A stretch of DNA of 64,000 nt from Utricularia gibba (Eukaryota > Plantae > Magnoliophyta), in assembly GCA_002189035.1 (NCBI GenBank), contig NEEC01000004.1:806001-870000 (forward strand), in the 5' to 3' direction. Positions 37,578-49,180 of the stretch are shown one piece after another. Position 1 is the stretch's first letter, and every line of letters starts with the position of its first letter. Below the pieces are notes generated by a model. That model ran no database searches, was not told the DNA's origin, and worked only from the letters and a program-made list of their open reading frames with translations. The position numbers and the translations under genes were made by a program.

Positions 37578-38570
37578 ACAGGGTAATAGAGTCTATTCAT
37601 ATGTATAATGATTGGTTGAATTGCTTGTCACCCATACACACCTTATGCAACCAATTTACCTCCACATATGAAAAAAAAAACTAGACCAAGTGATAAATTT
37701 CCATTGAAATTACTAGCAATTTTGGTGGGAGACTCGAATTACGCCTCGACATTTCCGCACACTCACGTGTGTGCGCCGTAAGATTTAGGGTTTAAGATTT
37801 AGGATTTAGACCTAACTCTCGATATTGTATCCTATATTATAAAGTTGGTTCTACATTTCAATTCCATAAATTCTCATGGACTTGAAATATGCAACAGCCT
37901 AATGGGAATCAAAAGTTTAGTAGTGTGAATCCTCTTGCCACCCAAAAGTTCTAGAATATGATACCCCTATATTTACAAAAATACCCTTTAGGAGAAAATT
38001 GTGCTACTGCTGGGTTGCGAACGGTCATGGGCCTCTATTCATAGTACGCCCCATTTCAAAATAAAAGCGTATCATCTATTGGGCCTTTGTTGTCATAATT
38101 TTTTTATTTTAGTATTATTAGTAACCAATCAAACAAGTATAAGCAAGATATTTTGAAATTGGATTAAAATTAAATTTAAATCTGAAATGTTTTATAGGAC
38201 TTGAGATATTTTATGTAGCTATTGTGCCTCGTTCGTGTGCCTTGATAATTTAAAATTATGTTTGAAAAGGAACATATTTAAAAACAATTTTATTATCAAA
38301 TATATTCGTTTTTAATTGAACAAAATAATAATTTAAACATATCTATTATTTAAAAAAATGTAGAGATTCAATTTCTATTTTATAAGAAATATTTTATCAA
38401 AAAGTGATTTTTAAGAAGATAAATCAAAACTTAAATGAAGATAGTGCCTTTGTTTGTGCATTAATGTATATTGTCCGAAAACGTTAAACGAAGACGATGA
38501 AATATAGAAATGGAACCGACGAAGCATCAAAACGATATTTCTAGAAGGCATTGGCATGTTTCTTCTACAT

Positions 38571-39202
38571 TCAGATTTTTGTAGAGCATTGCGAAGCTTG
38601 TCTGGAGGTTAGAGGAAGGGAAGGCGTGTCCCCATACCGCATAACACTCACACAGTCTACTGTGAATCTGTGCCTCCCTGAAACCCAGCTCCCCACCTTC
38701 CATCTCAGCCGTCCGGCGACCTTGAAGCTCAGATTCATCTCTCCTGTGATGCGATCGCGTTCGACCTCGCCTTGGAAGGACGGCGGCACCGGCTGCCGAA
38801 CTCCGACCAGGACGGCGCTGATCAAGTTGGTCCCCTCGTGCACCTGGTAGAAGGGGGGACGTAAGTTTCCGGGGTGATGATCTGCCCATTGTAAGACGCG
38901 GAGACCGTGAACTCGTCGTAGTAGACACCCACTTTCTGGTTCGGGTTATCGGACTGGAGCGTCAGGTGGATGGAGGTGTTGAGCTGGGAGGGGGCGGTGA
39001 GGTTGAGGAGATTGAGCTGGGCTTGTTGGAGGGAGAATTTGGGGCTTTTGGGGTGGAGGATGAGCCAGAGAAGGAGAACCAGGAAGACCAATGACACAGT
39101 AAATGACAGAAGGTAGTACACACGCTTCTTGTTGAACTTGTGGGCATATGGGGACTGCTTGGCTGCACAGTGCTTGGGAGATCTCTCAGAGATTACAGAC
39201 AT
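38571..39202 (-). CDS. NHL26: NDR1/HIN1-like (LEA_2) protein, NHL26-like; one -1 frameshift as assembled
   Basis: SPKHC N-terminus, TM helix, NPNQKVGVYYD and GRLRWKVGSWVSG motifs. Span is 632 nt. Adding one base at G-run 38853-38858 restores VPPFYQVHE. Confidence 0.85.
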
Positions 39203-39820
39203 TTTGCTGTTTCCAATTTCGGGAAGAAGGAGATGGGTATTGTGAAGAAGACGATGGAGGCCTTGAAAATGGTGGGGAGGTTATGAAGAAAAGCAGAAGC
39301 AGAGGCACCCACCAACGCCAATTATTTATGTTTCGTAGTGGAAAACTCAAGCGCTTTAGCTTTTCAAGGTGTTTGTTTAATTGAATGCATCAAAGCCACA
39401 CTTCACATCACAAAGTGGAATAGATGATTGTTTTGTTGGGACAACTACTGCTCAAAAGGTCTTCATACTTCGAGTGGGGTTTAGAGGAGATAGAGTGATG
39501 AAAATATTGTCCAATAAATCAAACTCAACTACAACTTATGGAATACACAATTATTTTTCATGTTAATTGACCATACCATCTTAATATTCGATGAGATATC
39601 AAATTTTTTTTCCAACTATTGATTTATAGATGACATTTCTTATAGTATTGTTGTAAGTATAATGTGATTGTGACCATATCTCACAAAAATGAAAAAAGAT
39701 GTGATCAAATAAATGAATCGTTCTAATTTTATATGATGTATTTTCTCAAAAGTTAAAAATATAAAATCGTAAAAATAAGATATTCAAAATGAATAATATT
39801 ACGAGAATAAATCGTTATAA

Positions 39821-39946
39821 TTGTAGTATTATAAACCAAGCATTTGAGCAAAAGATCTCCCCTACATATTAAAAATGATCTCATTGTAGTATTATAAACC
39901 AAGCATTTGAGCAAAAGATCTCCCTTACATATTAAAAATGATCTCA
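39821..39946. repeat. 63-bp direct tandem duplication (2 copies, 1 mismatch)
   Basis: ttgtagtattataaaccaagcatttgagcaaaagatctccc(c/t)tacatattaaaaatgatctca at 39821-39883 and 39884-39946. Confidence 0.95.
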
Positions 39947-40598
39947 TTAGTATTTAATAATTAATGATAATGACAAGTTTAGTTCTATTTAGCATATCAA
40001 ATATATTTAGTCTTTAGTTTTTTTTATGCCAGGTATTTAGACTTTATCACAATTTAAAATAGTACAAACTATTTTTATTTGATTTTAAAATAATGATTGA
40101 TATATGGTTTTAAAATAGTAAATATAAAAAATAGTATCTCTGAAAATCAATTATATTATTTGGATATGCAATGTGGACTTTTGGTACACTCTTCCCATTA
40201 TGAATCCCAATGAAAAGGATTTGGCGATGGTGAAGAGGAATTAGTTGAGTGTGGGCAATAGTTTTGGTATAGTTTTGGCTTTTTCCTTGGCTTTTTGGGT
40301 CACCTCTCTTACCCCATGAATCCTGTGGATCAAAATGGTTCCTTAGTCGCTACTCAAAACTCAAGTTGTCTGCTGGTTTACTTCTTTATTTTACTTGCAA
40401 ATGATTATAATGGCATCTGCAAGATTTTGAAAGAAAATGAAGTTTCTTAGTAGCAGCCACACAAGAGTACTTTCAAAGATGTGCAACCATGTGAAGACCT
40501 ATGGAACATTGTAATTTACATAGAACGAGAAACAGAAACTCTACTGCAATTCATGGAAGTAGAAGGAACTCATTTGAAATATAACACCATCAACATGC

Positions 40599-43221
40599 TC
40601 AAGCTCGAAGCTGGTCACCTGAAATCTCCCCATGTGTAGTAACACTAGCAACATGACGAACAAACTGTCCCTTCACACGCGGTCGCTGGTCAGCCAGCTT
40701 CTTTCGACTTTCGTATCGAATCTGGAAGAAGTTATGTATCGAAAATGGATTAGAATGTAAGCTTTTCCATAGAAGAAGAGTTAAGTGTCTACCTTCTTCT
40801 CAAAGCATCTGTCTTTCCGTTTCAGTCTGAACTTTGTTAGAGCTGCTTCTCTCCTGGAGAAGATGTGGAGATGACTGCTTTGAACTTGGTAGCCCTCTTC
40901 ATTGGAGCATTGCGGCGGGGCAATATTGATTGAAGTAGAGATGATGTTGCCGTTGCTTACAGAACATGTGCTCTGATGATGGCTCATGGCGCCACTGATT
41001 AAATTTACATCATCCCCTGTCTCCATGTTATCCAACTTGTCGCAGTGTTTGAGATCTGTATGATCAATGGAGTTGCTGCTGTGAAGTGAGCTCAGCGTCT
41101 GGCAGTCTGAAGGAAGAGATGAATCTTCATTGAAAGCATTCTCATATCTTATCCCTACACCACGAACCGTGTCAGATAGCTCTCTATTTGGAGAATGTGA
41201 TGATGTATTTTCACCCTGCCTTGTTCCAACTACCCCATCCATGGAAGCATGTTTCTGTTCCTCAGATGCTTGGTTGGCAAAAATGGCTGCATCGTCTGAG
41301 GTTCCCAGTTGCAACGCCTTATTGATGTACCTGAAGAGAAAATTTATTTGACGTGAGTTGAAAGAATTTCATACAAATGCTTACTACTCATTCAACATAA
41401 AGTTCGCAAATCCAGAGCCTTGAGCCATCATTCTGAGGAGATATTGTACTCACCTTGAAAAGGGTGATGACTCAGAGTGATTTAGCCGAGGTCTTTTATT
41501 AGTTGGCTCGTTCACCAAGCAGTTTTGTAGAGGTCTTCTAACAAGAGAATCCAACTGAGGTAAAACATCAACCTCTTTGGAACAAGAATCTGAAGCAGAA
41601 GTTCCAACACCAATTAAGGGGTGATTATTTGAGGCTGCAGTTGAGTTGATCACTTCTGTTGAAGAATTTCCAGAGGCATCACCAAGCTGAAGAGCCTTGT
41701 CTTCCTCACATCTATCTTTATTTGTGCATGCATCCGAGCATTTTGAACTTTCGAGGTGAGAAGAGGTGTGAAGATGATCGGCATCTCCATCATTCCCTGA
41801 TTCCGGTTTTGTGCATGAGCTCTGCAATAAAAGGAAACCTTTGTGAGAAGAGGAATTCATCCAGTCAAGAGCGCGTTATTGAAAACTAGACCACAGTTCA
41901 CTAAAAGAGAAGACATCCAGGCTAAACGGAAACACTTTACAGTTCCTAAGAAGCAATAAATAGCGAATAGAGTCTGCAAGTGCCTGAGCATCAGTGCTTT
42001 TCTTTGTAGATTCTCTTGATTGATGAACACACCCCACGCACTGACTTGAGTTATTATAACTCGCAGCCTTGTTTTCAGCTGTTCCTCTATCCATCTTCTG
42101 AACCACACTCCCATTCACTAGTCCGAGGCCGACAGCATTACTAGACTGAGATAATCACAGGACCGAAAAAAAAGCCAAGAATCAGTAATGATCCTGTGAA
42201 ATGAAGAGAAGACAGCCCGGATACTAAAATGTAAACAACATACAGCCTGCTTCCTCCAAACATGCTGCCACAAGTTATTCAGCTCGTTCTTTCTGACCGG
42301 CTTCACGAGGAAGTCGGTTGCACCTTTGGACATGCATTTGTAGACGCTACTCACTTTGTCATGTGGTGACATCACTGCAGACATTTGATAAAGAATCATA
42401 AGTCGAGAGAATAAACAGTGGAGGATGCTGAATAATTGACACGAGGATTGTTCCTTCGTACTTATTACTGAAATTTTTTTGCAGATTTCATGGTCCATAA
42501 TCAATGTGAGGAGTGCATATCCAGAGATCAGTGGTACATCAACTTCAGTCAAAATAAGATCTACACTACTTGGCCTTCCTCTCAGTATCTCCCACGCTGT
42601 TAAACCATCTCCGACTGCAACAACTGATACAGTAGAACATGTTAAACAGTAGTGTTCAAACGCATAAACTCAATCACCCGTTAACTCTTTCAGCATTGTA
42701 TTACCGAGACTCAAAAGAACATCCATGTACAAAAAAAGGCACCACAAGCAGTACGCATAAACCACACTTCTAAACAAGTTCAGATCTCAGAAAACAAAAC
42801 GACCCGACTACTATTTACTACAAACCAAGCACACAAAAAGAGTTCTCAGAGGAAAATATCGTAAATATGTAATGACAAACAATGTAATGAAACAAAAAAC
42901 TTCAAAAGATGATACCATACACCAAAACTCCCCCAATCAATAATTAAACAGAGCAGCAATTAAAACAAAACAAAAAAAAACATATTTCCCACCTCTGTAA
43001 CCGCATTTTCTAAGAAGTGCAGCTATAATCTGCCGGGTGGAATAGTCTGCTTCCACCAGCAGTACCCGTACGACCATTTTTGGAAGGAACCTTTCCCATA
43101 TCGCGGCCGAAGAAGAAACACTCCCTGTAGCCTTGTCCTGGTTCTCCATACGCTGAGCCATTTCCATACCCCCGACACGAAACACCATTTCACTTCCACC
43201 GCAGATCGCTACCTCACCCAT
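40599..43221 (-). CDS. PRR5: Pseudo-response regulator (PRR5/PRR95-like) clock protein
   Basis: Pseudo-receiver domain ([22 protein letters not shown], with Glu at the phospho-Asp position in ILTEV) and C-terminal CCT domain [20 protein letters not shown]|[20 protein letters not shown]. 7 exons. Confidence 0.9.
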
Positions 43222-43353
43222 TCTTCAAGAGTCTTGCTTCAGCAGGATAACTTCGCATGCGTTGAAATTAGAAGTAGAAACGTTGTGATCCCGGAATCAG
43301 CTCCAGAAGCCCATCCTTTTTGCCTTTATTACACACACGCACCTCCATCCCCC

Positions 43354-43842
43354 AAAATATCTGCCTGACTGGGAATCCATATCCGTACGTCTGCCTCACA
43401 TTTCAAATCCGATGGCTCATATTCGTTCGAGCATTTCGCAGATTTGGATTTGGCAAGATATTTTCGAGGGACCACCTGGGCGCATTGCATTTTACACCTG
43501 GCATATTTTCACATCATACCCCTGAAGAATTCAGAATTTCCTTTGTAAATTATCAAATTGAATAGTTGTCTAATTGAGAATTTTTTCTTTATTACATTTT
43601 AACCACGCATTGTTTTCTAAATATTCCTTTTTTCCTCATTGAAAAAAATACTGACTACATGTAGTGCCTTTCCTTGTGGGGCAACAATGCGAATAACAAA
43701 AAATGGAGGGGGTAAACCGAATGCGAGATTAAGATGACACAAAATATCTAGATACCACGCGACGTGTGGCCGAAAATGGGTCAAAATAAAAAGAAAAAAA
43801 AACCGCGGGCTGTGGCGTTTGTGGCGGAGATGGTGACACGTG
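43354..43842. promoter_or_regulatory. Three evening elements (AAAATATCT) and a G-box upstream of the PRR
   Basis: Exact EE at 43354-43362, 43456-43464 (reverse) and 43741-43749. CACGTG at 43837-43842. Confidence 0.7.
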
Positions 43843-44191
43843 GAAACTGTGGGTTTGGATATCTTCGAACGTGTGGCTGTCGTGGAGCTCAAATAATGGG
43901 GAAAAATAATTAAATATTTTTTATTGATGGATGCAGATATGGGCTTGTCTCGTCTTCACATGGAGGCCTGCCCCATGGTTGTTGATTTTGATGATGGCGG
44001 CGGGCTTACTTTTCAGGCCCATCGGCTCTGGATCTGATCCATTCTCCAAAGGCAAAGCTCGTGCAAAGGTCACCGGTTTCCTCGCACCTGTGTGTCGCTG
44101 CTCAAGGTTTAGGATATTCATTTCATACTTGTGTAGTGATAGATAGATAAAGCCCATCTCCCTCTTCGCTTGTTGTTCATCATTATCCGAA

Positions 44192-45579
44192 ATGGCTTCA
44201 CTCTCTACTGCCTCTGCGCCGGTTTCCCTGCACAATAGATCTAGTCGTCAACTAGGTGTAACGTGTGCCACTTCTTCATTTTGCTCCTCTTGTTTGGTTC
44301 CCAGCTCTCGGAGTTCAACGAAAACGAAACCCTTTTCATTTTCCTCGCGAAGTTCGGGGCTTTTCGGCCTGCCATTCAAGGCCCAGGAAATTTTTAGCGT
44401 TGGGGGTGAATATGGGACCAAGATGTCTTGGGATGGGAATCTCTCCTCGGTGAAGTTGATACTGCAGGGAAAGAATTTTGAGGTAATGGTGGCTAGTTTT
44501 TTTTTTTTTTTTTGTGAATGAGATTTATATAAGCAGAGTTGATTGGTGATCTGGGAACTTGGGGTATTATTAATTATCTCAAAATTGATGTTGTTTTCTG
44601 GGTGGAAGAGATGATGAATGTGTTCTACAGCATTGATTTAGAGCCATTTTGTATGTGCAATTTTGAGGTGAACAGTTGAATCAAGCAGTGAAGAGCCATG
44701 TGGAGTCAAAACTAGGAAAAGCAGTTCAAAAGCACAGCCATTTGGTAAGGGAAGTAGATGTTAGGTTGTCTGTTCGAGGTGGGGAATTTGGGAAAGGCCC
44801 TAAAGTGCGAAGATGCGAGGTTGGAACCTCTTTAAGGCTGTGCCTGTTTTCATTCTTGCAACCTTTTGCTCTTAAGGGTGTTAATGTTTTTACCAAATTT
44901 GTAGGCTACATTGTTCACTAAAAAACATGGAGTCATCCGAGCAGAAGAAGACGCAGAGACTGTGTATGGAAGCATAGATTTGGTGGCATCAATTATCCAA
45001 AGAAAACTTAGGAAGATCAAGGAGAAAGACTCTGATCATGGCCGCCACATGAAGGGCTTTGATCGACTGAAAGTCAGGGACCCTGCGCTGCTCTCTGTGG
45101 ATGTAAATACGGCCACGGATGAGTATGAGGATTCTGAGACGTTTACAGAAGAAGAAAGTCCTCAAGACGATGAGAATGCGATAAAAAAGGTGCTCTACTT
45201 GGAAGGAAAGAATACCTTCATTTCAGATTGGTTACATAACAAGACACTTGTGTTGCAACTCTTTGTGCAGATAGTCAGAACCAAGTACTTTGAAATGCCG
45301 GCATTAACAGTGGACGAAGCCATGGAGCAGATGGAGAATCTGGATCATGATTTCTACGGCTTTCGCAACGAGGAAACCGGTACTTAACAATACAGAGGAT
45401 GCATAAAAAATGGAACCTTAGCTACCTTGTGACCAAATGTTTTCGCACTTGCAGGCGAAGTGAACATCATCTACAAGAGAAAAGAAGGCGGGTATGGGCT
45501 TATAATTCCCAAGGGGAACCAGGAGCCGGTGGCTGTTGACTCAAAGGAGAAAACAGAACATGAAGTGGTGAATTCATAA
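44192..45579 (+). CDS. PSRP1: Ribosome-binding factor PSRP1, chloroplastic (HPF/S30Ae family)
   Basis: Exons 44192-44482, 44676-44819, 44905-45189, 45271-45379, 45455-45579. Motifs [41 protein letters not shown]. Confidence 0.93.
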
Positions 45580-46380
45580 ATAGGTAAGGTAACAGCTCCA
45601 TCATGCTCTGTCTGTGCTTCGCCTTCCCTTTGAGAAAGGCTTTTGCTTCTTTATAAATACGAGCATTCAGAGAATCCCCACGGCATCACTCTTCCTCACC
45701 ACCTCCCCCGAAGTTGTCCATAGTGTGTGTCCCTTTGATTGAGAAATGCAGTACATTTGGTATAATATTTTAATGAATAATGTATTTGAATTATTTCTTT
45801 CTATAGGCATATGATTAAAATAATATTGTGTTTTGTAAATGTGTTTAGAATACATGTAAAAAAATAATTCATTCATATAATAAAAGAATTTTGAAAATTT
45901 AATAAATTGTAATTTTTGGTGTAGCTGGCCCTAACTGGATTGCATTCATGGACTCAGCCCAGGTGAATGGTGTGCATGAAAGATGGGCCGTTTCTCTCTA
46001 GGCCCATTATTGAGAAAGGAAGGGAAACGTGTGTTTTGACCGTACAATCAGAATCCCTGGTCAACACGTGTCCTTGCACCTCCGTGCGTGTCGGCAATTC
46101 AGCATTTCGACACGGCGACGCCTGAGGGTTTTCTTGAAACCATGCGGTTCTCGGTACGCAAGAGAACCTCAAGAGAACGAACTTATCATAAGTACGCCAT
46201 TTTGTGGAATAAAATTAAGATTGAATAAATTTTTTTCTACTAAAAAAATTAATTATGGTTGAATAATTATATACATAAATAGTTATTTTTATGGTAAAAA
46301 AAAAGAATATTTAAATAAAAAAATTCTGAAAAATAGGAAATTGGAATGGATAGTCCGATTGTGAGTGCTGCTCCAAAACC

Positions 46381-46397
46381 CCTCTCTCTCTCTCTCT
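46381..46397. repeat. (CT)n microsatellite in the presumed 5' region of the CID gene
   Basis: cctctctctctctctct at 46381-46397. Confidence 0.8.
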
Positions 46398-46710
46398 GTC
46401 GTGCTTTTCAACGGAGACTTTGAGACAGAGATGATCTTCCAAGATGCCTTAAACAAAGCAGCAGGGGAATTTAATATTGCTTTGAAGGTCTCTGATTCAT
46501 TTGTTTTTTAGTGTTTCTTCTCTGCGTCTTTGCGTTTGGAGAGTTGTGGTGTATTTCCTCAAGTCATACGGCCGGTGTGTTGAAACAAATCCTGTTTTTG
46601 TAATTTTGTTTTGTCTGATCACTTTTATGCCAGACCTTGTAAGAGAATTTGAGTGAGATTTGAAGGGAAATCGAGGACAGGGACATCGCTAGATTGTCCT
46701 TTTGTTAGCC

Positions 46711-48859
46711 ATGGTCTTAGTGGAGAAGGTCGCGGCGAACGCGCCGCCGCCGCATCGGGATTCTTCTCAGAATAACGACATCCTGGGAGATCACCATCAC
46801 CAGTTGGTCAAAGCCACTGCTAAGCCTACCGATCAGAATCTTGAATTGATGGAGCAGAAGATGTCCGATGGTCACTATCAGTTTAAAGGGGATGGGATTT
46901 CACAGAAGGAGAATTTGATGAGGGGAAATGATGACGACGATGCGGGTTTCTGTAGAAAAATGAAAGATTTGGAGGAAATGCTCTCTAAATTGAACCCCAT
47001 GGCTGATGAATATGTTCCATCATCAGTGGTGGCCATTGCCGGCAGTAATGGTCAGCAGGGGCTATTCGTGCATTCCCCGCATGCAGCTGCCGCTGTTGCT
47101 GGAGTGGTTCCCGGGCATTTTGGGTACAATCTTAATGGCTTTGTAGTGCAGCAACCAGTGAACTCTGAGGATAATTCCCTGAGAAAGGTTTGTACTCTGC
47201 TAGAGACGTGCAGGAACCATGTAGAATTCTTCATTTTTCTTCATTTTTTTCGATGTAATCATCTCTGGTTAATTGAGATAAATTTCAGTGTTGGATTATT
47301 GAGATTATGCGTGTAAGTGAAGGGGCTGTTTTTTTTTTAATTGTGGATAAGGTTCGATTTTTGGGTCATGAGATCCTCTCGATTGGTTTATGTATGATTC
47401 GCTGGTTATGTTTTAAGAGTGCTGTTTGTATGTTGTGATGAGTTGACTATGTGCAGAAGACAAGTGGCTATATCCGTGGAAAAAGACGGATAAATAGCAG
47501 AACCAGCATGGCTCAAAGGGAAGATGTGATCAGGAGGACAATCTTTGTCTCTGACATTGATCATCAGGTAACTAGAAATTTTCTTTGTGCATTGTGATGC
47601 ATTTCTCTCTTTATTGTGTTATCATTTTTCGCTTCATTTTAGGTTACTGAAGAGCAGCTTGCTGCACTTTTTAATGGCTGTGGCAGGTAGCCATTTATTT
47701 GGCATCTTGTGTATATATATATCACAACATAAAGATATAAGTTACATCATGCATAAGCTTGTGATTTTATGATTGGAAGGTTGTGGATTGTCGTGTTTGT
47801 GGTGACCCAAACTCTGTTCTTCGATTTGCTTTCATCGAGTTCACTGATGAAGGTATGCTGTTTTCATGATTATTTAGTTGCTGTTAAAATATTTTCTGTT
47901 TAACATCAACCTTCCTCCTCCTTGATATGCAGAAGCAGCAAGGAATGCTTTAAGTTTGACGGGAACCATGCTTGGATATTACCCAATCAGAGTACTGCCA
48001 TCTAAAACTGCAATTGCGCCTGTTAACCCGACATTATTGCCCAGGGTAAGAGTCTTCCCTGCATTTAGTAGATTGCAGTATTTCTTGTCTTCAGGATCAC
48101 AATGATTTTGTGTCTATTTTCTTTCTCAAGTCTGAGGATGAAAGGGAGATGTGTGCAAGAACTATATACTGCACAAACATTGACAAAAAGGTAGATTCTG
48201 AATTTTGTGTTGATTTACTAGAGGAAAGGTTTTTAAAACTTGATGCATCAGGTCACTCAAGCAGATCTCAAACTCTTCTTCGAATCAATCTGTGGAGAGG
48301 TTTGTTGTTTCCAAATGCCATATATGGAAATCTCACGCACGGCACTGAAAAAAAGGATTTGTGAACCAGGTACATCGTTTGAGACTCCTTGGTGACAATC
48401 ATCACTCAACCCGCATAGCATTCGTGGAGTTTGTCATGGTATGCACCTGAGACTGGTTACATCTGATGGTCTTATCTTCTTTAGGACAAGTAACTCCATG
48501 AAAATCTTGCTCTTACCAAGTTTATGCCTTTTAGTCACATCCTTATGGGGTAGTATACCCATGAAGACTAGCTTCCCAATGAAATGTTTTGACATTGGTG
48601 TGTGTTGCTAGTATCTGTATTACAACTAAGGATGTTCTCGTTGCCATTTTCAGGCTGAAAGTGCAATAGTCGCGCTGAACTGCAGTGGCGCCGTCGTAGG
48701 ATCGCTGCCTATAAGGTGAATCTTGTCTCTCGGCCTTCCTCTGTTAGTAGTGTCTCATCAGCTACTGTGTGTCTGTTTAGGGTTAGCCCATCGAAGACGC
48801 CGGTCCGGCCACGTAACCCACGTCCCGCCTCCAAATGCCCTGAACCCATCAACAGTTGA
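46711..48859 (+). CDS. CID: PABP-interacting protein (CID8-13 family; PAM2 + 2 RRMs); one -1 frameshift as assembled
   Basis: PAM2 motif LSKLNPMADEYVP; RRM motifs RRTIFVSDID, LRFAFIEFTDE, RTIYCTNIDKK, IAFVEFV. Exon 47643-47686 is 44 nt (45 needed). Confidence 0.9.
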
Positions 48860-49180
48860 CCTCCGACCATTCTCCCACTGCTAATGCATGCATACTTTTG
48901 CTGGTCGCCACCCCCCTCGTCCCTTTTTTACGTAAACATTGCGTTTATCATTCCCAGTGCCCGAATCGTGATGACGATGGCTGCGTCGATGTATTCTGCA
49001 ACAGTGTTGTTGAGTTAATTTAGTGAAGAGTGGCGTGAAGCTTCTTCTGCCTGAACAAAGTTTTATGTTGCAGTGAAAGAATGTGCTTCTTGATCTCGTT
49101 GCTCACATAATAGGGAATTTCCGATGTGATTTATGTTGAAGACTAAAAAACGAAAGAAACTCAGAGAGGCTAGCTATACT

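Noticed and set aside
43045-43065. ADDST to ADYST change in the PRR pseudo-receiver domain
   Set aside because: A single substitution in a non-phosphorylated domain. It could be an error or a tolerated variant.
48820-48859. Possible ninth -1 frameshift at the CID C-terminus
   Set aside because: The tail is poorly conserved and both readings end in a nearby stop, so it cannot be decided.
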